Source: Alphaproteobacteria bacterium
GTDB lineage: Bacteria > Pseudomonadota > Alphaproteobacteria > MPNO01
Direction of reading: 5' to 3'
DNA: 64,000 nucleotides
NCBI GenBank assembly: GCA_965248835.1
Contig: CBDFLJ010000002.1
Span: forward strand, 1,216,001-1,280,000
A model generated the notes under the pieces. That model was not told the DNA's origin and searched no databases. It saw only the letters and a list, made by a program, of their open reading frames with translations. Shown here piece by piece: positions 63,004 through 64,000 of the stretch (its first letter is position 1; every line of letters starts with the position of its first letter). A program made the translations under genes and the position numbers.

Positions 63004-64000
63004 ATGCTTCAGGCGATGAAAACCCAGGCTGCGAAATGGGTCATCCGCCTGCTCGCGGTGCTGCTGATCATCAGCTTCGCCGCCTGGGGCATCGGCGACA
63101 TGTTTACCGGGCGGGGTCTGCCGACCGACGTCGCCGAGGTCGGCGAGACCAAGATCACCGCCCAGGCGTTCAACCGATCCTTCCGCAACCAGGTCGAGCG
63201 GCTGCGCAGGCTGCTTGGACCCGAGCTCGATTCCGACCAGGCCCGCCAGTTCGGCTTCGTCGAGAGCACGCTCAACGGGCTGATCGCGCGCCGGCTGCTC
63301 GAGCTCTACGCCAAGGAGAACGGTATTCTGGTCGGCGACGACCAAGTCCGCCAGCGCATCCATGCCGAGCCCGGCTTTCAAGGACCGGCCGGAACCTTCG
63401 ACAGGCTTGCGTTCCAGGACGCGCTTTACCGGCGCGGAATGACCGAGCAGGCCTATGTCGAGGAACTGCGCGGCGAGATCAGGCTCGGCCATCTCACCGA
63501 CGTGATCCAGCAGGCGAGCACGCCACCTGACGCGCTGGCCGAGTTCGTCTACCGCTACCGCAACGACAGGCGCATCGCGCGTTATGTGATCGTCCCCCGT
63601 CCGGCACCCGGGACGATCGGTACGCCGAGCGACAGCGAGCTGAGCGAATTCCACCGCATCCAGGCGATCCGCTTCACCGCCCCGGAACGGCGTGCACTCA
63701 CCGCCATCCATCTCGACCCGGAAGTCATCGCCGCCGAGATCCAGCCGCCGGAGGACGAGTTGAGGGCGGAATACGAGGCGCGCCTTTCCACGCTCTCGGT
63801 CCCCGAGCGCCGCAAGATCAGCCAGATCGTTTTAAGCGAAGAGGCCAAGGCGAGGCGGGCCGTCGAAGCGCTACGGGCCGGAAGACCGATCGGCGAGGTC
63901 GCCAGGTCGATCGCGGGCATGGACGCAGCCGCGACCGATCTGGGGCTGCTGACCCGCGAGGATTTGCCCGGCGACCTCGCCGAAGCCGCCTTTGCGCTGC
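63004..64000 (+). CDS. ppiD: PpiD/SurA N-terminal domain peptidyl-prolyl isomerase; runs off the window
   Basis: MLQAMKTQAAKWVIRLLAVLLIISFAAWGIGDMF...VAEVGETKI; divergent from tpiA. Confidence 0.85.
   Translation, partial: MLQAMKTQAAKWVIRLLAVLLIISFAAWGIGDMFTGRGLPTDVAEVGETKITAQAFNRSFRNQVERLRRLLGPELDSDQARQFGFVESTLNGLIARRLLELYAKENGILVGDDQVRQRIHAEPGFQGPAGTFDRLAFQDALYRRGMTEQAYVEELRGEIRLGHLTDVIQQASTPPDALAEFVYRYRNDRRIARYVIVPRPAPGTIGTPSDSELSEFHRIQAIRFTAPERRALTAIHLDPEVIAAEIQPPEDELRAEYEARLSTLSVPERRKISQIVLSEEAKARRAVEALRAGRPIGEVARSIAGMDAAATDLGLLTREDLPGDLAEAAFAL

Overview
High-GC alphaproteobacterial chromosome segment (Rhodospirillales-like by gene content and synteny) that appears to span the replication terminus. 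A 28-bp XerCD dif-like site at 33856-33883 overlaps the last codons and stop of a PhnP-like gene. KOPS octamers (GGGNAGGG) and the dominant gene orientation both converge on it. The left ~24 kb is an accessory catabolic region: ABC and TRAP transport, a NicX-like dioxygenase, an atypical acyl-CoA dehydrogenase, a CoA ligase, an MFS transporter, a three-subunit molybdenum hydroxylase, a hydantoinase/oxoprolinase pair, and a convergent DctP/Zn-ADH/2xSDR/EtnE-MetE-like operon plus a CoA-transferase-fold pair. The rest is core housekeeping: atm1, mltB-rlpA-tmk-holB-metG-tatD-phnP-mazG, groESL with CIRCE, ntrY-ntrX-trkA-hfq-hflX, ispDF-pgpA-cinA, pdhABC-lpdA-lipA-ratA, tpiA-secG-pyrG-kdsA-eno-ftsB and ppiD. 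Oddities include a probable ntrC 3' scar where dusB-ntrB-ntrC normally lies, a 1-nt frameshift in eno (probably an assembly error), and two genes without canonical start codons. No tRNA, rRNA, CRISPR array, IS or prophage was seen. All calls come from motif recognition by eye, with no database searches.
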